DNA of 41,770 nt from sequence record SRR16203515_4633. One strand, 5' to 3'. Position numbers and translations under genes: made by a program. Numbering within the stretch: position 1 is the first letter of the stretch; every line of letters begins with the position of its first letter. The notes beneath the pieces were generated by a model, which was not told the DNA's origin, searched no databases, and worked only from the letters and a program-made list of their open reading frames with translations. Shown here one piece after another: positions 19,619-29,134 of this stretch.

Positions 19619-21130
19619 TTAAATAGTTTTTATTTTATTTATTAATAACTTTTTTATTTCAGCTCTCTCTGTCTCCTTCATAAAGATATAATACAATATT
19701 GTAAAACAACTAACACATAATAATCCATATATAAGTAAGTCTAAAATGCTATTAATACTACTCGAAGTAAATATATAAAATACACCATAAACAATACAAC
19801 CTAAAATTATAGTTTTAAATACCACTTCTTTTAAATAATAAAAAACTGATATTTTTGAAAACTTACAGGATACTGGTATATTATAAATAATTGCAAAGAA
19901 AACATTAGGAATCAAAGTACCTAAAGCAACACCCATTATTGAATACTTTTGAACTAAATAAATACTTAGTACTAAATTCATAACAGCCTCTAATATAGCT
20001 ACTACGGTAAGCTCTTTATGTCTTTCACACATTAATAAAACTTGAACAGAACTACTTCTAAAAAACACTAAAACATACATTGAAACTAAAAGTATCATTG
20101 CAGTATAAACAACTTCAATACTTTCAATTTCTAACCAAAAATACAATAACTTATCAATATATAAAAAAGTAGGAATAAAAAGTAATGTGGATATAAAACC
20201 TACAATTTTATTAGTATGAAGTAAGGTATTTTGTAAATCATCATGTTTATTCGTAACAAATAAAGAAGCAGATAAGGGTCCTAAAATATCATGTATTTGA
20301 GTTGAGAACTGTCTAAAAAGCTCAGATACTCTAGATACAATTTGATAAACCCCAACTAAAGCTACAGTTGAGAACATAGAAATTACTAATTGATCTGTTC
20401 TAAATATAATAACATTTGAGAACATTACAATATATGCAAATATTGAAAAACTCATAAGTTCATAAACTCTTTTTTTCTTAAAAAAAGAGAATGATATTTT
20501 TAGACTAGGAATATTTTTGAATACATAAATAGCCATAAAAACATTTGTTAAAAACTGAATAACAATTGCAATAGCAGCCATATAAATAAGTGAATATCCA
20601 TAAGAGATACAAAGGCTTAATAAAACAAAATTTAATACTAAAAATACTATATCAATATTATTTCTTAATGTGATTTTTTGTAAACCTCTTAATACTTCTT
20701 TGAAAAAACCAAAAGGAAAAAGAAGTGCAGTTCCTATTCCAAAAATATAAAATGTAGTTTTATAATATTCTATTGTTTCACTAGATGAAAATACAAATAT
20801 CTTCTCTAAATTCTGAGCTAATAAAACAGTTACAATAAGAATTACAAAAGACAAAAGAATATATGAAAAGAAAATTGTTGATATAGTTTCATTAAAACTT
20901 TTCCAATTATTCTTTGCTTGGGATTCACTAGTTGCTTTTTGAACTGCTGTTCCAAAACCAAAATCAAGTAGTAAGGAATATCCAAACACACTCCATAAAA
21001 GTGCCCAGAATCCATACTCTTCATTGGAAATTCCAAGAAACATTATTCTAACTAACATTAAAGATAATATTATTTTTAAAATAAGTAATATATAGTTTGA
21101 TATGGTACTGTTTAATATTATATTTTTCAT
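19619..21130 (-). CDS. wzx: Oligosaccharide flippase (Wzx/MOP family)
   Basis: Many TM helices; EEYGFW..LLDFGFG; RTDQLVI..VGVYQ; context. Confidence 0.85.
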   Translation of the reverse strand: MKNIILNSTISNYILLILKIILSLMLVRIMFLGISNEEYGFWALLWSVFGYSLLLDFGFGTAVQKATSESQAKNNWKSFNETISTIFFSYILLSFVILIVTVLLAQNLEKIFVFSSSETIEYYKTTFYIFGIGTALLFPFGFFKEVLRGLQKITLRNNIDIVFLVLNFVLLSLCISYGYSLIYMAAIAIVIQFLTNVFMAIYVFKNIPSLKISFSFFKKKRVYELMSFSIFAYIVMFSNVIIFRTDQLVISMFSTVALVGVYQIVSRVSELFRQFSTQIHDILGPLSASLFVTNKHDDLQNTLLHTNKIVGFISTLLFIPTFLYIDKLLYFWLEIESIEVVYTAMILLVSMYVLVFFRSSSVQVLLMCERHKELTVVAILEAVMNLVLSIYLVQKYSIMGVALGTLIPNVFFAIIYNIPVSCKFSKISVFYYLKEVVFKTIILGCIVYGVFYIFTSSSINSILDLLIYGLLCVSCFTILYYIFMKETERAEIKKLLINKIKTI

Positions 21131-21131
21131 T

Positions 21132-22274
21132 TTATACTCTTGTAATTTTTAATAAAACATCTTCTACTTGTTTTTTTACAATATTAATATCAAATTTATT
21201 TTTCACTTTTTGATAGGCATTTGTTCTATATTTTTCTAATAAATCCCAACTATTATGTAAAAGTAATATTTTGAATGTCAAATCCTCAACACATGAGGGA
21301 GTAAAAAGTAAACCATTTTTAGAATCATCAATAATTTCAGCAGGACCAAAATCATCAGGAGCAATACTTACAACTCCATAGTTCATTGCTTCAATTAAAA
21401 CTAAACCAAAAGGCTCTCTCATTCTAGTTGGCATTAATAAAACATGATTGTTTTTATAGGCTTCTTCTAAATTATCAACTTTCCCATGGAAAATCACATG
21501 ATTGCTCAAACATAAAACCTCAACCATTTTTTTACATTTATCAATATATTCTTTATCCCCATCACCATAAATATGAAATTCAAAATCATATATTTTTCTA
21601 TCACGTAAGTTTGATAACGCTTTTAATGCCAAATCTAAACCCTTACTATAATCTAAACGACCACAAAACATATATTGCATTAGCTCTTTGGATTTCGAAG
21701 ACTTTTCTTTTGTGATTTTTGTTCCATTTGGTATTTGGAATATATTTTGAGTTCCATAAAACTCTTTCATTTCAGGAATCATCCATTTTGAAACAGAAAT
21801 TATTGGATCTATTTTTATATCAATAGCTTTAAACCCAGGAAGAAGTTGTTTTACTTCTCTTTTGAGTTTAGACATAAAGTTATTGGCTAAAAATCCTTTC
21901 ATCCAAAAATCCCCAATTTCAAATACTTTTTTGATTTTTTCTTTTTCAACTGCCCAAATAGGAGACAGGGATACTAATCGCAAAGACCAAATATAAACTA
22001 AATCTGGTTTTATTTTTTTTATTACATCTTGAGTTGTTTCATAGTTAAACTCTTCAACTACATTTTTATCAAAATAAGAAGGATCTTTATAATCTATATA
22101 TTTTAATTTTCTATATACTTTTCCAAGGGAAATGCTTTCTTCTTTATAATTTCCAGTAAGTACATAAACTTCATGCCCTGCTTTTTCTAAAAATTGAACA
22201 GTGTCATAACAAGCTAACTCATAACCACCAATATAATAAGGGGGATAATAATTACTTAAAATTAAAATTTTCAT
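21132..22274 (-). CDS. Glycosyltransferase family 4
   Basis: SNYYPP..GGYE, GRLDYSKG, REPFGLVLIEAM. Confidence 0.92.
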   Translation of the reverse strand: MKILILSNYYPPYYIGGYELACYDTVQFLEKAGHEVYVLTGNYKEESISLGKVYRKLKYIDYKDPSYFDKNVVEEFNYETTQDVIKKIKPDLVYIWSLRLVSLSPIWAVEKEKIKKVFEIGDFWMKGFLANNFMSKLKREVKQLLPGFKAIDIKIDPIISVSKWMIPEMKEFYGTQNIFQIPNGTKITKEKSSKSKELMQYMFCGRLDYSKGLDLALKALSNLRDRKIYDFEFHIYGDGDKEYIDKCKKMVEVLCLSNHVIFHGKVDNLEEAYKNNHVLLMPTRMREPFGLVLIEAMNYGVVSIAPDDFGPAEIIDDSKNGLLFTPSCVEDLTFKILLLHNSWDLLEKYRTNAYQKVKNKFDINIVKKQVEDVLLKITRV

Positions 22275-22285
22275 GACTTATCCTT

Positions 22286-22663
22286 TTATCTTAATAAATG
22301 GAATTGAAATAAATCTATTCCTATTAATGATTTTATATAGTATAAAGCCAAAAAGATTGCAGTTAGCACTGAAGCTATTACTAAAAACACTAAAAATGTA
22401 GAAAATATAATAAATATAATATGTGAAAGTTTTGTAAGTGAAAATTTTCTATCCATTTTTCTTTTTTCACTACCTAAATAAATTGTGATATAAAACATTT
22501 TGAAAAACCAAAAATCAAAATTTAGATTAACTATCTTTTTTGTTGCTTTTGGTAATGCACAAGATATTAATTTTTTTGTTTCCCTTTTTTGTTCATTTGT
22601 CATACTATCTTTAATTAAGGGATTCATTTTTTCAAAGATAACATCTTCATTTAGATTTTTCAT
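22286..22663 (-). CDS. Small membrane protein of unknown function
   Basis: 125 aa, overlaps the upstream stop, one long hydrophobic segment ending LYYIKSLIGIDLF. Confidence 0.7.
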   Translation of the reverse strand: MKNLNEDVIFEKMNPLIKDSMTNEQKRETKKLISCALPKATKKIVNLNFDFWFFKMFYITIYLGSEKRKMDRKFSLTKLSHIIFIIFSTFLVFLVIASVLTAIFLALYYIKSLIGIDLFQFHLLR

Positions 22664-23972
22664 TTTTTTTACCTTCTTTAATTAATCTTGATACAACCAA
22701 AATAACAGCAAAAATAAACATCATTTGATAGAAGTTATTAGTCTGTTTTAAAACCCATTCCATTGTTGACTGTAAATACATACTTGTTAAACAGCCAATA
22801 AAAGCCATTGGAATATACTTGTACTTCTTATATTTGCCTTTTCCTAAAGCAATATAATTTCTTATATTCTTAATATAAAAGAACATAAGAAATGATATAA
22901 ATACCAATAAATTAGCTCAGCCAGTCTCTGCTGCTACTAATAAATAAACTGTCTCAACGATTCCACCTTTTTCGTCATCATCTTTTCTTACAATATGCTC
23001 ACCATAGTTATATGGGGGATTTATTTTTAAACCAAAGTTATTTAAACCTACTCCAAAAACCTTATCATTTGCCATATTTTGGGCAGCTTCAGCTAAAACA
23101 ACTCTTACATTTAATGACTCTTCTGGAGCTGTTTGAATTCTCTCCATAATTGTGTCACTTGCCTTATATAAAATTCCTGTAGCACATACAAAAAATAGAA
23201 CTGTTACTCCTAGTTTTTTAGCAGTAAATTTTGTTTTATAAGAAAGTAAAAATATTAAAAAAATAGAAATAGAAAATACTGCCATTCCACCTCTTGATAG
23301 AGTTGAAATAATATCAACACTAGCAGCACCAAATGCTGTAATCCAAACATACAGTTTTGCTTTTTTTGCATTTAGGGCATAAGATAAAAAAATACTTCCA
23401 TATACAATCATATACATTACTAAGGAGTTTTGATGAGGGAAAGGCCCTTTTACTTGAAACATTCCTTCTAAGTATTTCTGTTTTAAAACCATTAGTGTTA
23501 TGTAAGCCACAATTATCAACATATATTTAATAAACTCTTCTATATCTTCAAAAGATCTAATTAAATTATAAACAACAAAAAAGTAAAAATACATTCTTAC
23601 CATTTTCCATAATTCAAAAAATGAATAGATATATACATCACTATTAATTATTGAAATTAGTGAGAAAGTAAAATATGTGAAATAAATATAACTAGCTGGA
23701 GGCATTTTTATTGGGAATTTATCTTTTCTAGAATAAATCACAAAAAATAGAATAATAGCTGTAATATCAACAAGCCCTATTTCAAAACCTCTTGATGTTC
23801 CTCTATATGTTTCCATTGAGAAAAAATTAATGTCTTCTGTACTTGCTGTAAAAAACAGTAATAAAAACCAAAACGATTTTTCAATCCAAACGAATCTTTT
23901 GGCAAATATTACTGCTATTGGAACTCCAATAAATAGTACAAAAAAGAAAATTATATATTTTAACTCAAACAT
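22647..23972 (-). pseudogene. O-antigen ligase/Wzy-like polymerase interrupted by an in-frame TGA at 22919-22917
   Basis: ORFs 22917..23972 and 22647..22907 are in the same frame, 9 nt apart (AAETG*ANLLVF). Motifs PHQNSL, TLSRGG, FGVGLNNF. Read-through length is 441 aa. Confidence 0.82.
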
Positions 23973-23987
23973 AATCTTGCCTTTACT

Positions 23988-24518
23988 TTATATTACTTCT
24001 CTGTATTTCACTACTTTTGATGGGATACCCACAACAACTGCACATCTTGGTACATCTTTTAATACAACACTATTAGCTCCCACAATAGAATAATCATCTA
24101 AAGTGATTTTTCCTAAAATTTTTGCACCTGTACAGATCTCTACAAAATCCCCAATTGTTGGGTTTGTATCTTCATACTCTTCCCCTCTATCACCTAATGT
24201 AACTCCTTGGTGAATAATACAATTTCTACCAATTGTCGCAAACTCTCCAATAACTACTCCACTACTATGAGGTAAATATAAACCTCCATCAATTTTTGCT
24301 TTTCTAGCAATGTCACAACCAAATAAAACAAAGTTTAAAAAAGAAACTATTTTTCCTAATATTCCTAATCTATATTTACTTAATACACTAGAAATTCTAA
24401 ATAAAATCACAGGATATAATCGAGGATTCAACACATGAACTAAATCTTTTGTAGATACTGTCTCTTTATTTTTATAAATTGCAATATCCTCTTTTATTAA
24501 TTGAAGTAAAGTTTTCAT
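23988..24518 (-). CDS. Serine-acetyltransferase-like (LbH) polysaccharide O-acetyltransferase
   Basis: LPHSSGVVIGE, HQGVTLG, VGANSVVLKDVP..VVGIP. Confidence 0.88.
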   Translation of the reverse strand: MKTLLQLIKEDIAIYKNKETVSTKDLVHVLNPRLYPVILFRISSVLSKYRLGILGKIVSFLNFVLFGCDIARKAKIDGGLYLPHSSGVVIGEFATIGRNCIIHQGVTLGDRGEEYEDTNPTIGDFVEICTGAKILGKITLDDYSIVGANSVVLKDVPRCAVVVGIPSKVVKYREVI

Positions 24519-24519
24519 C

Positions 24520-25629
24520 TTAATCTCCTTTTAGTAATTGATTAGTGATGTATGCACTTTGAATAGTTTCTAAACTAGGCATAATTGTTTGAAGAATATT
24601 ATTCCAATCCCCTAAAGTCGAAGTAGGAATAAACACAATATCAAAAGGTTTAACTCTAAAGTCTTTTGATTTCCCTTCTAAAATATCTTCTAAATTTGCA
24701 ATATATACAACTGGATTTGTTAAAGTTCCTCTGATAATGGCAACTTTTTGTAAATTTGCATTTACTTTAAATCCTTTTGCATAAGTTACAACTTGGCTTA
24801 AAGTCATGTTTTCTTTAAAACCATAATGACCAGGAAGATTAACTTCCCCTAAAATATAAACCTCTGTATTTAAAGCAGATGGAATATAGATATAATCTTT
24901 ATCTTTTAATGGAATATTATGTAAAGGATTACCTTTTCTTACTAACTCAATAAAATTTACAGGTAATACTCTATTTCCTCTTCTAATAAAAGCGTGTTCT
25001 AGATCTGCTAACTCAATAGTATTGTCTTCAAAGATCCCAATTGAAAGACCTTGAGCAATTGCAATTGAATCAATTGCTTTTGCATTATTTGTAATTTGAT
25101 AAGTTCCAGGAAGTGAGACTTTTCCTAAAATTGTAAAACTTTTACTTCTAAATTCAACAGGAATAATAGATACAATTGGATTCACTAAATATCTTTTTAG
25201 TTTATTCGCAATTTTTCTCATTGCTTCATTAATTGTAAGACCAGCAACTTTCACATCTCCTATTAATTGAAAAGTTAAAGTTCCATCAACTTTAACAACT
25301 GAACCTTTTACATTTAATTCAGGTTCCTCGTAAACAAAGATATTAAACATATCACCAGAGCCAATAACGTACTCATTTTTCTCCTTTATATGTAATTCAA
25401 GAAGTTCTTTTTTTATTTCATTTGAATGTAATCCATTATGAATAATTTCAAAATCTTTTTCTAATACTTGTAATGCTGGATCTGTATTTCTACTTTTATA
25501 TGCTTTTGGTGTACTCTTTTTCGCATATAATGTTGTGTCTTCAGGTTTAGGTGAAGCTACACATCCGATTAAAAAAACCGCAAGTAATAAGATTAATAAG
25601 TAATTAGATACTTTTATTATCGATAACAT
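24520..25629 (-). CDS. wza: Outer-membrane polysaccharide export lipoprotein (OPX)
   Basis: Lipobox LIGC, YVIGSGD..VYEEPEL..DGTLTFQLIG, SLBB repeats, C-terminal amphipathic WNNILQTIMP. Confidence 0.9.
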   Translation of the reverse strand: MLSIIKVSNYLLILLLAVFLIGCVASPKPEDTTLYAKKSTPKAYKSRNTDPALQVLEKDFEIIHNGLHSNEIKKELLELHIKEKNEYVIGSGDMFNIFVYEEPELNVKGSVVKVDGTLTFQLIGDVKVAGLTINEAMRKIANKLKRYLVNPIVSIIPVEFRSKSFTILGKVSLPGTYQITNNAKAIDSIAIAQGLSIGIFEDNTIELADLEHAFIRRGNRVLPVNFIELVRKGNPLHNIPLKDKDYIYIPSALNTEVYILGEVNLPGHYGFKENMTLSQVVTYAKGFKVNANLQKVAIIRGTLTNPVVYIANLEDILEGKSKDFRVKPFDIVFIPTSTLGDWNNILQTIMPSLETIQSAYITNQLLKGD

Positions 25630-27571
25630 TTAGAACTCCTTTTACATGAGATATACCTAGTGAGTTTATTTCTTCTACAATTGGATCAATTGTTTTTCTA
25701 GAAGACTCATTACATTTAAAAACTAATAAAACTAAATCGGCTAAAGGAGCAAAGTTTTTAAAGAAATACGTATTTACTCCAAAAGCAAGTACTTCAAATA
25801 AAACTAGGTCATATTCATTTGTTTTTAAGTTCTCAAATAACTTTTCTGAAATATTTGTATTTGCTAAGTAGTAATCATTTATTTCACTATCTTGAATATA
25901 TAGTTTGTGAACATACTCATTAACAACATTTACATTATCAAAGTTAAGATTTTCAATATCACTACAATTAATTATAGAACCCTCTATTTCAGGAGTTATT
26001 TCACTAACTGTTTCAATATAAAGTACTTTTTGTTTTGTAGTTGAACAAAAGTATGTTAATACTTCTGAAATATGAGTTTTTCCCGTATTTGCAACATCAC
26101 TACCTAGTAATACAATTTTTTTATTTTTCATTGTTTTCATAAAAGAAGTAATAAAGTCCATTGTATTTTCTTTGATAATATTGTTATCTTTTGTATTAAA
26201 AAACTCGCCAATAAGTTTGATATTAAATCTTCTTTCAATATCAAAAGCTCCTTTTATTCTAAAATCAAAGAATAATTTCAGAATAAAAAAGCCTGTAAAA
26301 ACTAAAGCTGATAAAAAACCTGTTCCTAAAATCATTGCTTTTTTGAAGTTTGATTCTGGATATTTTGGTGGTTTAGCTCTTTCTAAAAATTTGAAATCTT
26401 CTTGAGAAGACTCTAGTGCAATTTTTAATTCATTTTGTCTTTTTGTAACTAAGTCTAATAATGAATTTTTCTCATCTATTTTTTTTGCAATAACTGAATA
26501 TTTTTTTTCTAAAATATTTAACTCTTTAATTTCATTTTCTATATTGTTTTGTTGTTCAAATAACTCTTTAATTCTGTTAGTTGATGAAATTACACCAATT
26601 TTACTTTGAGATAATTCAATAATTAAAGCTGTAAATAAAGGATTATTCCCATAAGTAATCTCATCTGGAATACTTTTTTTATTTTTTCTGCTTGAGTATT
26701 GAGATTTCATTTTTGATATCTCTTTTTTCAAAGTTTTAATTTTTGGATTATGTTTTGTATATTTTTGATTCATTGCATCAAGTTCTTTTTCTTTATTTGC
26801 AATTGCTTTTAAGTCAGCTGATCTAACTGAATATTCAAGTTGAACTTCTTTTGGAATTTGTTTTAATTTAATATTGATTTGTTTGATTTTTGTTTGATAC
26901 TCATTTTTTAAAACTTTTGTATCAATAAGGTTTAAAGCAACTTCATTTAGTTGTTCATACTTATAATCTTTTTGAACTTTGATTGATAAGATTTTATTCT
27001 CTTTATTAAATCTTTCTTTTGTAGATAATAAAACTTCAATCTCTTTAATTAGTGATTCTTTTTGTTTACCATAATAAACTAGAACCTCTCTTGTTGCAGC
27101 ATTTTGTACTTTATAAAAGTTTTTTAGAAAAATCTCTGCAAGTACATTTGCACCTTTTACTGATAATTCTCTATTACCATTAGTAAAAAGAATCTCAATA
27201 ATGTCTGATCTTTTTCTTCTTTTAATCTCATACGATGAATATATTTTTTCAACTGTTGTATCAAGATTTAATGCTTTAATAGCTTCATTTAAATTTTCTC
27301 TTGTTCTTATAGTTTGTAAAGCAGTGTCATAGTTAAAGTTTTGGAATTTATAAGGTACATCTTTTGGCATAGATATTTTTTTGTCATATCTAATTATTTT
27401 TGCAACTGCTTTATAAGAAACAGTTGTAAACTTATTTGCAAAAAATGTAGCAACTAAGATTCCAATAATTGCAGCAATAAGAATTGATGGTGCTTTATAT
27501 AATAATTCTTTTAAGAAATATAAAGGATTAACAATAAAAAGATCATCAGTTTTAAAAGCTTTATTTTTCAT
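25604..27571 (-). CDS. Polysaccharide co-polymerase (Wzc/GumC-like) with degenerate kinase domain
   Basis: Two TM segments flanking a coiled coil, YTKHNPKI, LERAKPPKYP, then GSDVANTGKT and GVLN; no Tyr-rich tail. Confidence 0.85.
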   Translation of the reverse strand: MKNKAFKTDDLFIVNPLYFLKELLYKAPSILIAAIIGILVATFFANKFTTVSYKAVAKIIRYDKKISMPKDVPYKFQNFNYDTALQTIRTRENLNEAIKALNLDTTVEKIYSSYEIKRRKRSDIIEILFTNGNRELSVKGANVLAEIFLKNFYKVQNAATREVLVYYGKQKESLIKEIEVLLSTKERFNKENKILSIKVQKDYKYEQLNEVALNLIDTKVLKNEYQTKIKQINIKLKQIPKEVQLEYSVRSADLKAIANKEKELDAMNQKYTKHNPKIKTLKKEISKMKSQYSSRKNKKSIPDEITYGNNPLFTALIIELSQSKIGVISSTNRIKELFEQQNNIENEIKELNILEKKYSVIAKKIDEKNSLLDLVTKRQNELKIALESSQEDFKFLERAKPPKYPESNFKKAMILGTGFLSALVFTGFFILKLFFDFRIKGAFDIERRFNIKLIGEFFNTKDNNIIKENTMDFITSFMKTMKNKKIVLLGSDVANTGKTHISEVLTYFCSTTKQKVLYIETVSEITPEIEGSIINCSDIENLNFDNVNVVNEYVHKLYIQDSEINDYYLANTNISEKLFENLKTNEYDLVLFEVLAFGVNTYFFKNFAPLADLVLLVFKCNESSRKTIDPIVEEINSLGISHVKGVLNVIDNKSI

Positions 27572-28706
27572 CTCTTATCTCTTTTTCCATAACTTTTCTA
27601 ATATCAGTAATTGAATTAATATTCTCATCTATGCTTGTACTTGAAAACATAAGTGAATATGAGTCTTTATGATCTGGGTGAAAACCATGCATTCCAGGAA
27701 TTGCTTGTAATCCAAAATAACTTGGGTTAATTAAAGTTCCAGGATTAGTTAAAAAGAATAGTTCTCCAAATCTTCTATCTTCAAAGAAAACTCTCATTTC
27801 TTTTAACTCATCATCATCTACAATTTTTCCACTACTTTGAAATGATAAAAGATCTTCAATTGTCTCTCTAGCTTCATCATTCATAAACCAAAATCTAGCC
27901 ATTGTTGAATCATACATAGCAACATAATCTTTTCCATAAACTAAACCAGTGTTCTCAATAACTTTGATTAAATCTACACTTCCTTTAGTATCACACATTC
28001 CATGGTCACTAAAGATATGTAAAGAAACTTCATCATATTTATCATTTGCATAATCATAAACATTTGATATTTGATCTTCTAACCATTTGATTTTCTCAAC
28101 TGTTTTTTCATGTTCTGTCCCGTATGTATGCATAACCCCATCAAGTGTTGGTAAGTAAAGATATGAAAATTCAATATCACCTTCATCAATCTTTTCTTTT
28201 AAAGCATTGATATTGTAAGTTTCACTTTTTCTCCAATTTGAGCAGTGGTAAGGAATATCATTTTCTACACACCAATCAAAGATAGTGTCAGTTTTTAAAA
28301 TCCCATTTGGAACAAAATAATCATGTTTTTCTAAGTAATCAAAATATGGAAGATGTGCAAATGGCACAGAATAAATCTCAAAATAACCTGTATAACCATT
28401 GATAAATTTCATAGCTCTACTTAAATAGTGTCTAGGTCTAAATCTATCAAATATTCTTTTTGGTAAAAAAGACAGATACTTACAAAATTTAAAAGGTGAG
28501 TTTTTAGGATCATAATAAAAACTAGACCAGTGTGTATGTTCATCAGGATATCTTCCAGTTAAAATAGAAGGATCAGCACCTGAAGAAAAACCAAATGTAG
28601 TTTTTAATTTTTTTCTTGTATCAATAGCTTTATTATTAAAACCATGCTTTTTATAAACTTCCCATCCAAACCCATCTATGAAGACAAATAGTGATAACTT
28701 TTTCAT
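27561..28706 (-). CDS. Alkaline-phosphatase-superfamily protein (NPP/phosphodiesterase-like), no signal peptide
   Basis: FIDGFG, FSSGADPSILTG, LDGVMH, SDHG, GMHG. Start moved to 28706 (AAGGA RBS). Confidence 0.85.
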   Translation of the reverse strand: MKKLSLFVFIDGFGWEVYKKHGFNNKAIDTRKKLKTTFGFSSGADPSILTGRYPDEHTHWSSFYYDPKNSPFKFCKYLSFLPKRIFDRFRPRHYLSRAMKFINGYTGYFEIYSVPFAHLPYFDYLEKHDYFVPNGILKTDTIFDWCVENDIPYHCSNWRKSETYNINALKEKIDEGDIEFSYLYLPTLDGVMHTYGTEHEKTVEKIKWLEDQISNVYDYANDKYDEVSLHIFSDHGMCDTKGSVDLIKVIENTGLVYGKDYVAMYDSTMARFWFMNDEARETIEDLLSFQSSGKIVDDDELKEMRVFFEDRRFGELFFLTNPGTLINPSYFGLQAIPGMHGFHPDHKDSYSLMFSSTSIDENINSITDIRKVMEKEIRDEK

Positions 28707-28731
28707 AACCAGTTCCTTAATCATTTTTAGA

Positions 28732-28765
28732 AGATTAACAACTCTATATGCAAAAAGATTGCAAG
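28732..28765 (-). promoter_or_regulatory. EPS-box promoter 5 (head of locus)
   Basis: Minus strand CTTGCAA-TCTT-TTTGCAT-ATAGAGTTGT-TAATCT (with extended TGn), 25 nt before ATG 28706. Confidence 0.8.
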
Positions 28766-28822
28766 ATATTACAATATGCAATATTTTGAATATAATTTTT
28801 TTAATTTAGTTAATATTGCAAA

Positions 28823-29134
28823 ATGAAAAAGTCAATAGATATCTTAGAAAAAGTTAGTGATGAGCTAAATAGACATACTGTATTTTATAAATTCAATAAA
28901 AATATTGAAGCATCAGATAAATACAAAAAAGGCAGAATTGATGCCTCTACATGGTTAAACGAGTTAGTTTATTATTATATAAAAAAAGAAAAAAACTTCA
29001 TTGTTGAATTTAAAGAAGAGATAAATAAACAGAAAAATAAAATAAATAGTGTTAAAAATGGGGATTACAAAATGGGTTTAATTGACGAATTAAAAACTAT
29101 AGAGGATTCAATAGATGATAGAAATAATAAGTAG
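28823..29134 (+). CDS. Hypothetical protein (103 aa)
   Basis: Open frame with coding-like composition; no recognised motif. Confidence 0.7.
   Translation: MKKSIDILEKVSDELNRHTVFYKFNKNIEASDKYKKGRIDASTWLNELVYYYIKKEKNFIVEFKEEINKQKNKINSVKNGDYKMGLIDELKTIEDSIDDRNNK

Noticed and set aside
22917-22919. TGA as selenocysteine or genome-wide Trp recoding
   Set aside because: No SECIS-like hairpin follows, the position is not a redox site, and TGA serves as a normal stop elsewhere (e.g. ATGA overlaps at 634 and 1662).
1-28800. Phase-variable homopolymer tracts in the EPS genes
   Set aside because: No long poly-G/C tract was seen; A/T runs of 7-9 nt are expected at this composition and frames are intact.
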